Of a DNA stretch of 64,000 nucleotides, positions 10,648 to 20,902 are shown piece after piece; positions within the stretch are counted from its first letter, which is position 1, and each line of letters opens with the position of its first letter. The notes beneath the pieces were generated by a model. The model made no database searches and had not been told where the DNA came from. It was given only the letters and a program-made list of their open reading frames with translations. A program made the translations under genes and the position numbers. Origin of the DNA: an uncultured Acidobacteriaceae bacterium (lineage in GTDB: Bacteria; Acidobacteriota; Terriglobia; Terriglobales; Acidobacteriaceae); the NCBI GenBank assembly GCA_963737915.1, contig CAVTUP010000028.1, positions 15,634-79,633 of the forward strand. Direction: 5' to 3'.

Positions 10648-12636
10648 ATGGCGACGCGCGCGGGCTCCGATGGCGCGGTAATCATCGATCGCGCTCACGC
10701 GCAGGATTGGAGCAGCGACATTGACAGCGGCTGGCGCACGCATGCCGGCGACGACCTGGCATGGGCAAATCCAGGCTTCGACGACTCAAGTTGGGAGACA
10801 GTTCGACTCGACGACCTCGGACCTGCGCAAGCAGGATGGCGCTGGTATCGCCTGCGCATCAAGCTCCATGAAAATCATCCCGATCTGGCTCTTTTGATAG
10901 ACGGCGGCGAAGGTATTTACTCGCTCTACCTCAACGGAAATCATGTTCCCGGTCGGGAACTGCGTTCGGCTCTCCGCGTGAATCGGCCTGTCGAGCGAGT
11001 CGTGCCTATCGACATGCCCGGCACCGATCTTCAAATTTCCTTGCGCACCTATGTCCCGGCAAGTTATGCCGCTTTGCATTTTCCACCCTTCATGGTGGTG
11101 ATGCTCGGCACTCCCGACGCCATTGAGACCCAGCGCCAGGCATTGGAGAGTGAACGGCTTTATATATTGATTCCGGCGGTGGCTTTTAATGTGCTCTTTA
11201 TTCTCGCTGGAATCGGAGCATATTCGCTGCATCGAAGCCAGCCGAAGCATGCGGAATATCAGTGGCTTGGACTCTACCTGGTTCTGCTTGGGATTGCGGA
11301 TCTGCTCTGGTACTCCCAGCAAGCCGGTCTGTTGCCACTATCTGCCAATCTTCTTTTCGCGGATCCGATTCTGTTTGTCATTACCGTGGTCCAGATTCAG
11401 TTCACGTTCAGTTTTGGCGGCCAGCGTCTGAATCGTCTTTGGCGCGTATACACGGTGATTCTCCTTCTGGCGCCATTGCGATTGTGGTTTACCTGGCACG
11501 GGCAATTTTCGCGAATGGGTTTGCTGATTACCGAGCCACTTTTGCTTATCCCTGCTGCCATATGCCTGCCGATCCTGCTTTTCATTTGGTACCGGCGCGG
11601 AAATCGCGAAGCTGGCTGGCTCATTCTGCCGAGCCTGCTGCCTGCGGCAACCATGTCGCTTTACGATCTTGGCTATGTTGCCATCATCTTCGGCTGGAAG
11701 AGCCTTGAGTTTCTTGACAACTCCATCATGATCGGGCCCGTTTCTGTTCAGCCAAATGACATCGGCAACTTCTTATTTCTGTTGGCCATCGCTGTTGTCA
11801 TCTTCTTCCGGTTCACGCGAGTGAGCCGTGAGCAAGCCCGTACGGCTGCGGAACTCAGCGCGGCGCGCGAAATCCAGCAGAGGCTCGTGCCCGCATCGCT
11901 TCCCATACTCGCCGGCTACAAGCTGGAAGCGGCTTACATGCCCGCGCAGGAAGTGGGCGGTGATTTCTACCAGGTGCTTGAGCAACCCGATGGTTGCACG
12001 CTGATTGTCGTGGGCGACGTCAGCGGCAAAGGCCTCAAAGCAGCCATGACCGGCGCGCTCGCGATCGGCGCAGTTCGCACGCTCGCCGCAGAAGATCTCG
12101 GTCCGGCCACGCTGCTATCCCGCCTCAGCTACCAGATGCGCGACACCCAGGACAGCGGATTTATTACCTGCCTTTGTGTCCGCATTGGGGCTGAGGGAAG
12201 CATTCTCGCCGCCAATGCCGGGCATCTCTCGCCTTATCGCGGAGGAGAGGAGATTCCTGTTGAATCGGGACTTCCCCTGGGAATGCTCGTCGGCATCGAA
12301 TACGCGGAGACGCAGATTCATCTTCAGCCAGGCGATACGTTGACGCTGCTCTCCGATGGTGTCGTCGAAGCGATGAGCCCAACTGGCCAGCTTTATGGCT
12401 TTGATCGTACGCGTGACATCAGTACACAATCTGCTCGAGACATCGCCGATGCCGCGCAGGCCTTCGGACAAGAAGACGACATCACCGTTTTGACGATCGC
12501 GCGGTTGGCGGTTCGCCTGTTGGCGCTTCCTCGATGTGAAATCTGCGCAGCGTGCGCCGACACCGGGTTCCGGCAGCACTTAGTCCTCTCCAAAAAATCT
12601 TCGGCGTGTTGTCCAGCAGCTTTTTGCATTGGATAG
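10648..12636 (+). CDS. membrane sensor PP2C phosphatase (extracytoplasmic domain + 7TM + SpoIIE/PP2C)
   Basis: PP2C/SpoIIE motifs (GGDFYQV, VVGDVSGKGLKAAM, LLSDGVVEA, DDITVL) follow seven TM helices and an N-terminal extracytoplasmic domain. The 5' end appears frame-broken; see the finding at 10580. Confidence 0.85.
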   Translation: MATRAGSDGAVIIDRAHAQDWSSDIDSGWRTHAGDDLAWANPGFDDSSWETVRLDDLGPAQAGWRWYRLRIKLHENHPDLALLIDGGEGIYSLYLNGNHVPGRELRSALRVNRPVERVVPIDMPGTDLQISLRTYVPASYAALHFPPFMVVMLGTPDAIETQRQALESERLYILIPAVAFNVLFILAGIGAYSLHRSQPKHAEYQWLGLYLVLLGIADLLWYSQQAGLLPLSANLLFADPILFVITVVQIQFTFSFGGQRLNRLWRVYTVILLLAPLRLWFTWHGQFSRMGLLITEPLLLIPAAICLPILLFIWYRRGNREAGWLILPSLLPAATMSLYDLGYVAIIFGWKSLEFLDNSIMIGPVSVQPNDIGNFLFLLAIAVVIFFRFTRVSREQARTAAELSAAREIQQRLVPASLPILAGYKLEAAYMPAQEVGGDFYQVLEQPDGCTLIVVGDVSGKGLKAAMTGALAIGAVRTLAAEDLGPATLLSRLSYQMRDTQDSGFITCLCVRIGAEGSILAANAGHLSPYRGGEEIPVESGLPLGMLVGIEYAETQIHLQPGDTLTLLSDGVVEAMSPTGQLYGFDRTRDISTQSARDIADAAQAFGQEDDITVLTIARLAVRLLALPRCEICAACADTGFRQHLVLSKKSSACCPAAFCIG

Positions 12637-12659
12637 AGGGAGCCTGGCACTGTCGTGCG

Positions 12660-13754
12660 CTAGCTGCGCCAGTGGAGCTCTACCGGCCCATCCATCGGAT
12701 GTTTACCTGTTCCATCGAGCCGTGCCTGCTTCAAGGCGAAGTACCATTTTGCCGGCTTGTCTGCGTCGTCAATCAGCATCAGGCTCGGGTTGTGCTTTAG
12801 CCCCTCTGCCTGCTGAATCATTGTCTCCTGATCCTGCCGGACAAATTTCGCGCCGAAGAACTTCGCAATCGGTGTCAGGAACGGGACGTAATAAAAAACA
12901 TTCCAGGCCGCTACAACGTCGATGCGGCAGGTTGAAGCAGTCACCGGCGTTACCGTCGTCAGACTTGAAAACCATTTGTCTCCGCAGCGGATAATCTCCG
13001 TCCGCCGATTGGGCAGCATGAAGTCGATTGTCGTCTCCACCGGCTGACCATAAACACCCAGCAACTTGTACGGCGCAGAATTGCCGCTCGGTGCATGAGC
13101 GCTCATTCGAAACCCCTCGGGGATGGGCTCAAACTTCTTTGTCTTCTCGCGAATGCTCGCACGCGAACGCCACCACCACGCCTGGTGCACAAAAGGACCA
13201 TGCGCCGGATCCATCAACCCAATGATTCCGTGGTCGACATTGCATGGGAGATCGGCCGTGAGAAAAGCCGTCCGATACCGCGGTCCAAATTTCTCAACTT
13301 CGGGCACCGGTCGCTCCGTGCTGCCGCTCTTCTTGCCGCTTCCGGGACCGGGGACGAACACCCACGCGTGCCCATCGCGTTCCTCGCACGGAAACGAGGT
13401 TGCAAAGATCTTCGTCGCATCCAGATGGTCGTGGCTCGAGAGCGAGGGAATCAGCTCGCAGCGCCCGCTGCACGGCTCAAACTCCCATCCGTGGTACCTG
13501 CAGGTCACGCGCTGCCCGTCAAACCATCCGACACTTAGCGGAATTCCACGGTGCGGGCAACTGTCACGCATCGCAAATACGCGTCCATCATTGCGTCGGC
13601 CAATTACCAGCGGAATACCCAGCAGCATCGCCGTGGCGAGTTTGCCCTTGCGCAGAGTCTCGGTGCGCAGCGCAGGATACCAGTCGTCGTAAATGAGGGA
13701 AGCGCTTGGGCCCTGAATCCGAACCCCCGCCTCTGTGGTCGTCAGCAACGGCAT
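12660..13754 (-). CDS. Rieske [2Fe-2S] non-haem-iron oxygenase
   Basis: Rieske motif CPHRG...CRYHGW and a mononuclear-iron motif (NVDHG...DPAHGPFVH). ATG at 13754 preferred; the ORF extends to 13811. Confidence 0.85.
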   Translation of the reverse strand: MPLLTTTEAGVRIQGPSASLIYDDWYPALRTETLRKGKLATAMLLGIPLVIGRRNDGRVFAMRDSCPHRGIPLSVGWFDGQRVTCRYHGWEFEPCSGRCELIPSLSSHDHLDATKIFATSFPCEERDGHAWVFVPGPGSGKKSGSTERPVPEVEKFGPRYRTAFLTADLPCNVDHGIIGLMDPAHGPFVHQAWWWRSRASIREKTKKFEPIPEGFRMSAHAPSGNSAPYKLLGVYGQPVETTIDFMLPNRRTEIIRCGDKWFSSLTTVTPVTASTCRIDVVAAWNVFYYVPFLTPIAKFFGAKFVRQDQETMIQQAEGLKHNPSLMLIDDADKPAKWYFALKQARLDGTGKHPMDGPVELHWRS

Positions 13755-13921
13755 TTGGGACTCACCATAGCACTCCAGCCTTCGCTGTTGCCAATCTGAC
13801 GTGCCTTCCAAGCGAGGCGTGAACCCCTAAAGCGAAACAGGAAGCCGCTCCATGTCAGTTTTGACAGTTGCAGCGCCCCAGCTGGCTCATTAACGTGGTG
13901 ACCCTTGGAAGGAAGCAACGC

Positions 13922-14635
13922 ATGCCCGAAGCGCTGAACGTCGAGGTAGCACATCACCTGGTCGAGGAGGAGGCTCATAGCAAGCGTCTCCGTCTCGCAT
14001 GGCTTGAAATTACCGAAGCCGTCGTACTATCGCTGATCGCGATCGCCACCGCAGTGAGCGGATATCACGCTGCAAAGTGGGATGGTCGCCAGGGGTATCT
14101 CTATGGGACCTCGGCTTGGCTGCGTGTGGAAGCTGCGGCAGCGGCCACCGAAGGAGGGCAGCAGCGTTTGTTGGATGTGGCGACCTTCAACACCTGGATC
14201 GTCGCACATGAATCAAAAAACGAGCATCTCGCAGATCTGTACGCGCGCAGGTTCAGCCCCGAGTATCGCGTAGCGTTTGAAGCATGGCTCAAAACCGATC
14301 CGTTTACAAGGCACGACGCGCCGGTCGGACCCGCATTTATGCCCGAGTATCATAATGCCCTGCTTGAGAAGTCCGCCAGGCTTGACGCGGAGGCGCAGAC
14401 CGCATTCGCACAAGGGACAGAAGCTCGCGTCATTTCAGAGAAATTCGTACGCGGTTCGGTGTTGTTGGCAATCGTCATTTTCCTCGTGGCATTGGCGCAG
14501 CGGTTCAAGATTCAGAAGGTTCGCGTCGGGCTCATCATCGTCTCATCGCTCGTGATGACCTATGCCCTGGCCATGTTGGCGACATATCCTCGACTGCACG
14601 ACGATCCCAGTAAAACGATCCAGCAAATTAAATGA
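13922..14635 (+). CDS. hypothetical membrane protein
   Basis: ATG at 13922 preceded by GGAAGGAAG. One TM near the N-terminus and two at the C-terminus, with a helical soluble middle. Confidence 0.6.
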   Translation: MPEALNVEVAHHLVEEEAHSKRLRLAWLEITEAVVLSLIAIATAVSGYHAAKWDGRQGYLYGTSAWLRVEAAAAATEGGQQRLLDVATFNTWIVAHESKNEHLADLYARRFSPEYRVAFEAWLKTDPFTRHDAPVGPAFMPEYHNALLEKSARLDAEAQTAFAQGTEARVISEKFVRGSVLLAIVIFLVALAQRFKIQKVRVGLIIVSSLVMTYALAMLATYPRLHDDPSKTIQQIK

Positions 14636-14674
14636 GTGCGGCTTTTTCCAATGTTCGCAGCGGCGTGAGTTTGC

Positions 14675-15980
14675 TCATTTCAAAGTCACAAGATCGGCAA
14701 GCCTCTCTTCATTCAAGGCCGTCGAAATTCCCTTGCGATCCCAATGCTTGCGGCATCCCGGATAATCCAGCGGTAGACACTGCGAAGGGATGCCACGTGC
14801 CCGCATCTCGTATCCGCCTTCGAGGATGTTCAACATGCAGGCCACGGCTGTTACGCCAATTTCCTTGTCCTGCTGCCAGCGATCGAGCCAGCGGCTGAAT
14901 CCGCTCGCGTGTGGCACCAGGTAGACCTTCACATCCATTTTCCGCATCCTGCGCGAGATGCGGTTTACTGCACAATCCGGATCGCAGGCTGTGCATACGA
15001 TGTCCAGGCCGCGTTCGATTGCCTGACAAGTAGCGGCGCGTTCACCGCGCATACACGTCGGCACCAGCACCACCCGTTGTTCGGTGCGGTCAAAACTCTT
15101 CGCGAAGCCCCCGATTCATCACCTCTGTCGCCACCATGTTCAGGTGATACTCCACCTCGGGGCGATCGCACATCAGCAAATCTTCGCGCCATCTCCAGCT
15201 TGCTTGCAATCGGCTTAGAAACGGATCAACTCCGCAGGTGTAGGCTCCGAGTTCTGCAGCGGCCTCGTGCTCAAATTCATTAAAAAGATCCCGCGCAACG
15301 TGCAGCCAATGCGTTGCCTTTTCCGGATTCAATCGTGCCAGGTAGTCGCGCCAATTCACCACGCGCTGGGATTCTTGTTTGAATTCGCCTGTCGCCGCCA
15401 GCCAATCTGCTAGCTTTTCCAGACGCTCAACCGCGCTGGCGCGAATCTTCACTCTCCGCCCGAGACTTGGCGCGAGGCAAAATCTGGCAATCCCACCGCG
15501 CGCCAGATCAACAAGCGGCTTTAGTCTCGGCCATCGGGTGCGAGCCTTGCATAGTTCGCGTGCCAACTTCGCTATCCGCGGGGATGTATTTTGCGCTCCA
15601 CTCTCATAGCGCCGCAGCACCATGCCCAGTGTGAGCAATTCGATGACATATTCTCCGCGGCTGCGCGGCGGTTCAGCAAGGAACTCCTGAACGTGCCGGC
15701 TATATCCGTCAAGCAAGACGCCGGCTCGCCGGTCCAACCGGGTCAAAAGCTGATCGCAAAAGCCAGACAACTCCTCGTAGAAGCTATCGGAGCAGAGGTT
15801 CCCACGCCGCAAGTCATATATGTGCGGAGATCCGTGCTTTGCTGGACGTGAGGCCGGAGCTGGCATCTGAGTTACAGCAGCGGGGGCGTTGGAGACTGAG
15901 TCGGTTCCGCCGGGCGAGTACATTCCGCGGCTCTTTCCGTCCGTCTGCGCAACCACGGAGAGCGCTCGCGCAGACGGCAA
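14675..15980 (-). pseudogene. unknown N-terminal domain fused to a Cys-rich DUF116 domain, frame broken (+1) at 15093-15115
   Basis: ORF 15090..15980 stops at TGA, and the +1 frame is open from 15115 through the DUF116-like part (VLVPTCMRGERAATCQA...CTACDPDC...VPHASG). A C5 run on the plus strand at 15108-15112 lies inside the 23-nt overlap. Confidence 0.65.
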
Positions 15981-16233
15981 CAGAGCATAATACGCTCACC
16001 CTCGCAAAATGTTCACGGGAATTCGCCGACATTCAATCCGGAATTACGATTTTGTTCGAAACTGAACATTCTGTGCGTCATCGAACACCGCAAACCCACC
16101 CAACCAGAACGAGGCACTCGTTTATTCGCATTATTTCCAATCACTTAGGTCGCTTGCTTCTTTGGCGCGCTGGATGCAGGATGATAGGCACACTCTTATT
16201 CCCCGAGAGCGAAGTTTCTTGAGGAGGCGTCCC

Positions 16234-18672
16234 ATGGCTGGACTGCTTCAGGATGTTCGCTTTTCAGCGCGTCAGCTTCGCAAGAGCCCCGGCTTTTCCG
16301 TTGCCGCGATACTGATGCTCGCGCTCGGGATATGCGCCAACAGCACGGTATTCAGCTGGATCAATTCGACGCTGCTTCACCCTGTTCCGGGTGCCCGGAA
16401 CACCGGCGATCTCGTCACCGTGATGCGTGGCCAGTGGAATCTCGCCCCGTCACCGCCGCTTTCCTATCCTGACTATCGCGATCTGCGCGAAACGAACCAC
16501 ACCCTTAGCGGCATCCTTGCTTATCACGACGACTGGATGACCCTGACCGGCGGCGATTCTGCGCAGCGGATCTACGGTGCGAAGGCAAGCTCGAACTACT
16601 TTGACGTGCTTGGAATCAAGCCGGTTCTCGGACGCTTTTTTCTTCCCGATGAAGAGTCGCGCGCGGGCGGCACACCTTACCTTGTACTCGGATATTCGCT
16701 CTGGCAGACGCGTTTCAACGCGGACCCTGACATTCTTGGCAAATCGGTCGAGATCAACCAGCTCCCGTTCACGATCATTGGCGTAGCGCCGGACGGTTTC
16801 ATTGGCTGCAAGACAGGCATCCGCACCGATGCCTGGATGCCACTCGCAGCCTACGACCAGCTCACGGGCAACACCCGCATGCAGCAGCGCGGCAATGCCT
16901 GGCTGAACGTGATGGCCAGGCTGAGCCCCGGGGTGAATCGAGCGCGAGCCACACAAGATCTCGAATTACTGATGCGGCAACTGGTCGCCCAGTATCCAAA
17001 TGACCATCTTGGTGCGAACACCATTACGCTCGACCCGCTGTGGCGTTCGCCTTTCGGCGCCAACGTATACCTCGCGGGGTCACTGCCGATTCTGCTTGCC
17101 ATTGCCGGAGTCGTCCTGCTGCTTACCTGCGCCAACATCGCCACACTTGCTCTTGTTCGCTTTATCTCACGCCGTCGCGAAATCGCAATTCGCCAGTCGC
17201 TGGGCGCGAATCGGTTGCAACTGATGCGCCAGATGGTTCTTGAGGGCCTGCTGGTTTCCCTCGGCGGTGGAGCGATGGCCATCCTGCTTACGTCATGGTC
17301 GTCAAAGACGCTGGCCCGTTTCATTCCGCCCAACGCCAACCCCATCGTTCTCAACGGCTATGTTGATAACAACGTCATTGCCGCCGTGTTGCTGCTTGCA
17401 CTGCTCGCCAGCGTGATCTGCGGCGCACTGCCGGCATGGAGGTCGTCGCGCGTCTCCGCTGCCGAAGTGCTCAAGGAAGAAGCAGGCAGCGTCTCCTCTG
17501 GCAAGCACAATCGCCATCTGCTCAGCGGCCTGGTGGTGGGGCAGATCGCTCTGTCGCTTGCACTGCTCGTCACCTCGGGCCTCTTCCTTCGCACACTTCG
17601 CAACGCTGTCGAGGCCAATCCGGGCTTCGAGCAGGAGCATGTCCTCACCGCCTCTGTTGGCCTCGGCACAGCCGGCTACTCTCGAGACGATATCCGCGCA
17701 TTCCAACGCAAAGTCCTCGACCAGATGCAGGGAATGCCCGGCGTTACGTCCGCCTCCATCACTGACTGGCTTCCGCTCAACTTCAACCGCAAGACGGCTG
17801 ACGCTTATCCTGAAGGCTATGTTCCGCAACTCCACGAGTCGATGGAAGTGCGCCGCTCCGACGTCAGCGCGGGATATTTCGACACGTTGAGCATTCCGAT
17901 TCTGCAGGGCCGCGCTTTCACTCGCGATGACAGTGAAACGGCGCCGCGAGTTATCGTTGTGGATGAAACCGCCGCCAACCGTTACTGGCCGCGACAAAAC
18001 CCGATCGGGCGGCGGCTCAATGCCTACGGCCGCTGGTATACAGTCGTCGGCGTCGCGCGCAACTCAAAGCATCAGCGTGTAGCCGAAGATCCCGAGCCCC
18101 TCGTCTACTTCTCGCTCTCTCAAATGGGAGACACTGAGACCATCCTGCAACTGCGAACGCAGGGCAATCCGCAATTGCTTGCCGAAAACATCGAACAAGT
18201 TGTGCATCAGATCAACGCGCGCGTGCCCGTATTCGATGTCCGGCCGCTGAAAGAGACCACGCAAATCGCCCTCATGTTCCAGAAGATGGAAGCGCTCTTC
18301 GCATCTGTCTTCGGTCTGCTGGCCCTGGTGTTGGCAGCGTCGGGCATCTATGGAGTGGTCGCCTACCGGACTCAGCTACGGACCCATGAGATTGGAATCC
18401 GCGTTGCCCTTGGCGCATCCCGTTCGGATGTTCTGCGCCTGGTGCTTCTTCAGGGCCTCAGGCTGACGGCCATCGGATTGGTGCTCGGCTTGACGCTCTC
18501 TTTTGTGCTGACAAGATTCTTGCGCGGCCTGCTCTATGGAGTTTCCGCCAACGATCCGTTTACGGTCATTTGCGGCCTGGCGGTTCTCGCTGCCATCGCC
18601 GTGCTGGCCTGCTATCTGCCTGCGCAGCGAGCCATGCGCGTCGACCCTGTCACGGCGATTCGCGAACAGTGA
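16234..18672 (+). CDS. ADOP-type duplicated FtsX/MacB-like permease
   Basis: N-terminus MAGLLQDVRFSARQLRKSPGFSVAAILMLALGICANSTVFS and two MacB-periplasmic plus FtsX 4-TM repeats. GAGGAGG precedes the ATG at 16234. Confidence 0.9.
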   Translation: MAGLLQDVRFSARQLRKSPGFSVAAILMLALGICANSTVFSWINSTLLHPVPGARNTGDLVTVMRGQWNLAPSPPLSYPDYRDLRETNHTLSGILAYHDDWMTLTGGDSAQRIYGAKASSNYFDVLGIKPVLGRFFLPDEESRAGGTPYLVLGYSLWQTRFNADPDILGKSVEINQLPFTIIGVAPDGFIGCKTGIRTDAWMPLAAYDQLTGNTRMQQRGNAWLNVMARLSPGVNRARATQDLELLMRQLVAQYPNDHLGANTITLDPLWRSPFGANVYLAGSLPILLAIAGVVLLLTCANIATLALVRFISRRREIAIRQSLGANRLQLMRQMVLEGLLVSLGGGAMAILLTSWSSKTLARFIPPNANPIVLNGYVDNNVIAAVLLLALLASVICGALPAWRSSRVSAAEVLKEEAGSVSSGKHNRHLLSGLVVGQIALSLALLVTSGLFLRTLRNAVEANPGFEQEHVLTASVGLGTAGYSRDDIRAFQRKVLDQMQGMPGVTSASITDWLPLNFNRKTADAYPEGYVPQLHESMEVRRSDVSAGYFDTLSIPILQGRAFTRDDSETAPRVIVVDETAANRYWPRQNPIGRRLNAYGRWYTVVGVARNSKHQRVAEDPEPLVYFSLSQMGDTETILQLRTQGNPQLLAENIEQVVHQINARVPVFDVRPLKETTQIALMFQKMEALFASVFGLLALVLAASGIYGVVAYRTQLRTHEIGIRVALGASRSDVLRLVLLQGLRLTAIGLVLGLTLSFVLTRFLRGLLYGVSANDPFTVICGLAVLAAIAVLACYLPAQRAMRVDPVTAIREQ

Positions 18673-18783
18673 AGATGAAATCGGCTCCATTGTCAGAGAT
18701 GCAACGGATACGGGGAGAATCCTCCGCGAGAGCGCGACTCGACAGTATCGGATCGGAAGATGCTGGTCTCTACCTGCGGGTCT

Positions 18784-18836
18784 GGCACGGCGGGCGCTCC
18801 TCCTGCACATCCATACAGGATGCGCAACGCCGTGCC
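18784..18836. terminator. long imperfect GC-rich hairpin between convergent genes
   Basis: GGCACGGCG (18784-18792) pairs with CGCCGTGCC (18828-18836), with further inner pairing (GCGC..TCCTG / CAGGATGCGC). No U-tract. Confidence 0.35.
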
Positions 18837-18852
18837 GGGACTCACGATGCTT

Positions 18853-19425
18853 CTAGTTGTTCTTTCGGCTCGCCGGAGGAACAATGCCATTCAAGCGCAG
18901 GTACACCACCAACTGTCCGTAGTGGTCCATCATGTGCGCCAGGCCAAACGCGGCCATCCCGGCGTGTGTTCCACTCGCAGTCGTCACAAATGCGTTTTCG
19001 GCTGTAGTCGCGTCGACGTACGCGTGGGCTTCTGTAAATGAGTCCTTGAGCGCCTTGATGATCTCGGCCTTCGTCTTCAGCTTTTCGATGTCGGCGCGGT
19101 TGTCCACCATCGGCTTGGTGGGATCGTGGAAGAAATATCCGTTGGCTTCTGCGACGTGCTTTACCTGGTCGCCAAATGACCTCACGCCGGTGAACTCACC
19201 CTGCGTCGGCGCAAAGTTGAATTTGTCTTCCGGCATCGCCTCAGCAGCAGAGACAAACTCCTCTTCCATCATGCTCAGCAGTTTTCCGTAGACTGCCTTC
19301 GGCTCCATCTTTGTGCCCACCGCCGGCTTGGCAGGTGCAGCATCCTGGGCCAATACAAAAGTGGACGCGCAGGCCATGACGCAACACAAAACAGTGCGGC
19401 TAACGAATCGTGTGGGGAAACGCAT
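18853..19425 (-). CDS. secreted DinB-family protein
   Basis: ATG at 19425 after AAGGAGAG, a signal peptide (CCVMACASTFVLAQ) and DinB His motifs (DQVKHVAEAN, LAHMMDHYGQL). Confidence 0.8.
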   Translation of the reverse strand: MRFPTRFVSRTVLCCVMACASTFVLAQDAAPAKPAVGTKMEPKAVYGKLLSMMEEEFVSAAEAMPEDKFNFAPTQGEFTGVRSFGDQVKHVAEANGYFFHDPTKPMVDNRADIEKLKTKAEIIKALKDSFTEAHAYVDATTAENAFVTTASGTHAGMAAFGLAHMMDHYGQLVVYLRLNGIVPPASRKNN

Positions 19426-19602
19426 ACAGTCTCTCCTTGCGCGGCGTTTGCCGCGTAAAACGAAATCTATCAGACACAAACCGGTTCTGACAGCACCAAT
19501 GCGTGAATCTGTTGCAAAGTGCCTCTTGAAGATGCAGACCGTCCGCCAGGCAGGATGAACCGGCGTTCCGCCGCAATGCCACGTCGGCTATTAAGTCGCC
19601 GA

Positions 19603-20807
19603 TCAGCCCGCCTTGCGCAGCAGTCCGCCGCTCACCGTGAAGCGCTCTCCGCGCCACACGATGGTATTGCCGGCAAAGCCGGCGGCCCAGAGTCCCATGG
19701 CCACAGCATCGCGCAACGGCAGCAGCCACAGGTTCGGCAGCACCTCGTGGTCGGCCAATACTTCGGCACCGACCGTCATGGCTAGCGTCAGCCGCAGGAA
19801 GAAGCTCAAGACAAGGAGCCAAACGCTTACCGGGCTCAGTCCGCTGGCCACAAGATTCAGCAGTGGCCCAGGCAAGACCGTGGGTAAACACGAGTCCCGC
19901 ATAACCCCACGGACGCGCATCCCGTACGGTTCTGAACCATCGCAACTGGTGGTCGACGAAGCTTTGCCAGTCGTAGGCTGGGAACGCTTGTCTCCACCAC
20001 ATCGGCGCTGAGCGCCACGCGATACCCGGCTTTCACAACGCGCGCTCCCAATTCGTAGTCATCGGCCAGGTGGTCAACGAGCGCGGAGTAGCCGCCAATC
20101 TTGTCGAGAGCCTCGCGACGCACTGCCAATGTGGATCCCAGGCCGTAGTTCAGACCACCCTCAATCATCCGCGACAGCAGCACCGAAGGCATGAAATCGG
20201 CAGCAATCCCAAGGGATTCAAGTCGCGATGCGAGGGTGCCGTGGGATCGGCCACGATAAAGTGCTGTCACTAGCCCTACTGGTACAGATTTGCCGTCAGC
20301 ATTCTTGCCGTCGCGCAACCCATCGGTTGCGAATTGAGCCGTTACTCGCTCAAGATATCGCGGGCCCACGGTTATGTCTGAGTCATTCACCAGCAGAATG
20401 TCGTACCGCGCCTGCTGTACAAGCTGTGCCAGTGTGCTGACCTTGCCGTTGGTTCCCAGTCGCAGCGGACATTCAATCAGGCGAATCGACCGCTCCGGAA
20501 ACTCCCGCTGCAACTGCTCGACAGCAGCGACGGCAGGATCATCTGGCGATGAGACCCCAAACAGCATCTCGAATTCACCCGCATACGTTTGCCTGCAATG
20601 GCTGCGAAACGCTGCCAGCATTTCAGGGTCGAGCCCTTTGAGAGATTTCAAGATGCTGACGCCCGGGGAAGGCGTTGCCAGGGGTGCGCGTCGCGAGGCA
20701 AGGAAGACTCGTGCTGCCACCAGGGCCGCGAGGAAGTACCCCATCCCGGCCACGGCCAAAAACGTGGTGACCAACTCCACGGCCAGAGCTAAGCTGTGCG
20801 GCATCAC
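19603..20807 (-). pseudogene. GT21-family glycosyltransferase (ceramide glucosyltransferase/HpnI-like), two +1 frame breaks
   Basis: Three consecutive ORFs (20807-19857, 20002-19400, 19920-19603) together give one collinear GT21 protein: SILKSLKGLD...LVNDSD...VVETSVP | AYDWQSFVDHQLRWFRTVRDARPWGYAGLVFTHGLAWA | LLNLVASGLS...LLPLRDAV...WRGERF. Confidence 0.75.
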
Positions 20808-20902
20808 AGCCGTAGTGTAGCGGATGAAGGCTGCGGCATGGGATGAGTGGGCGGCGGGAACTATTCGATCGAGCGCTCAATCGCTGAACGACGACAGGCT
20901 CG

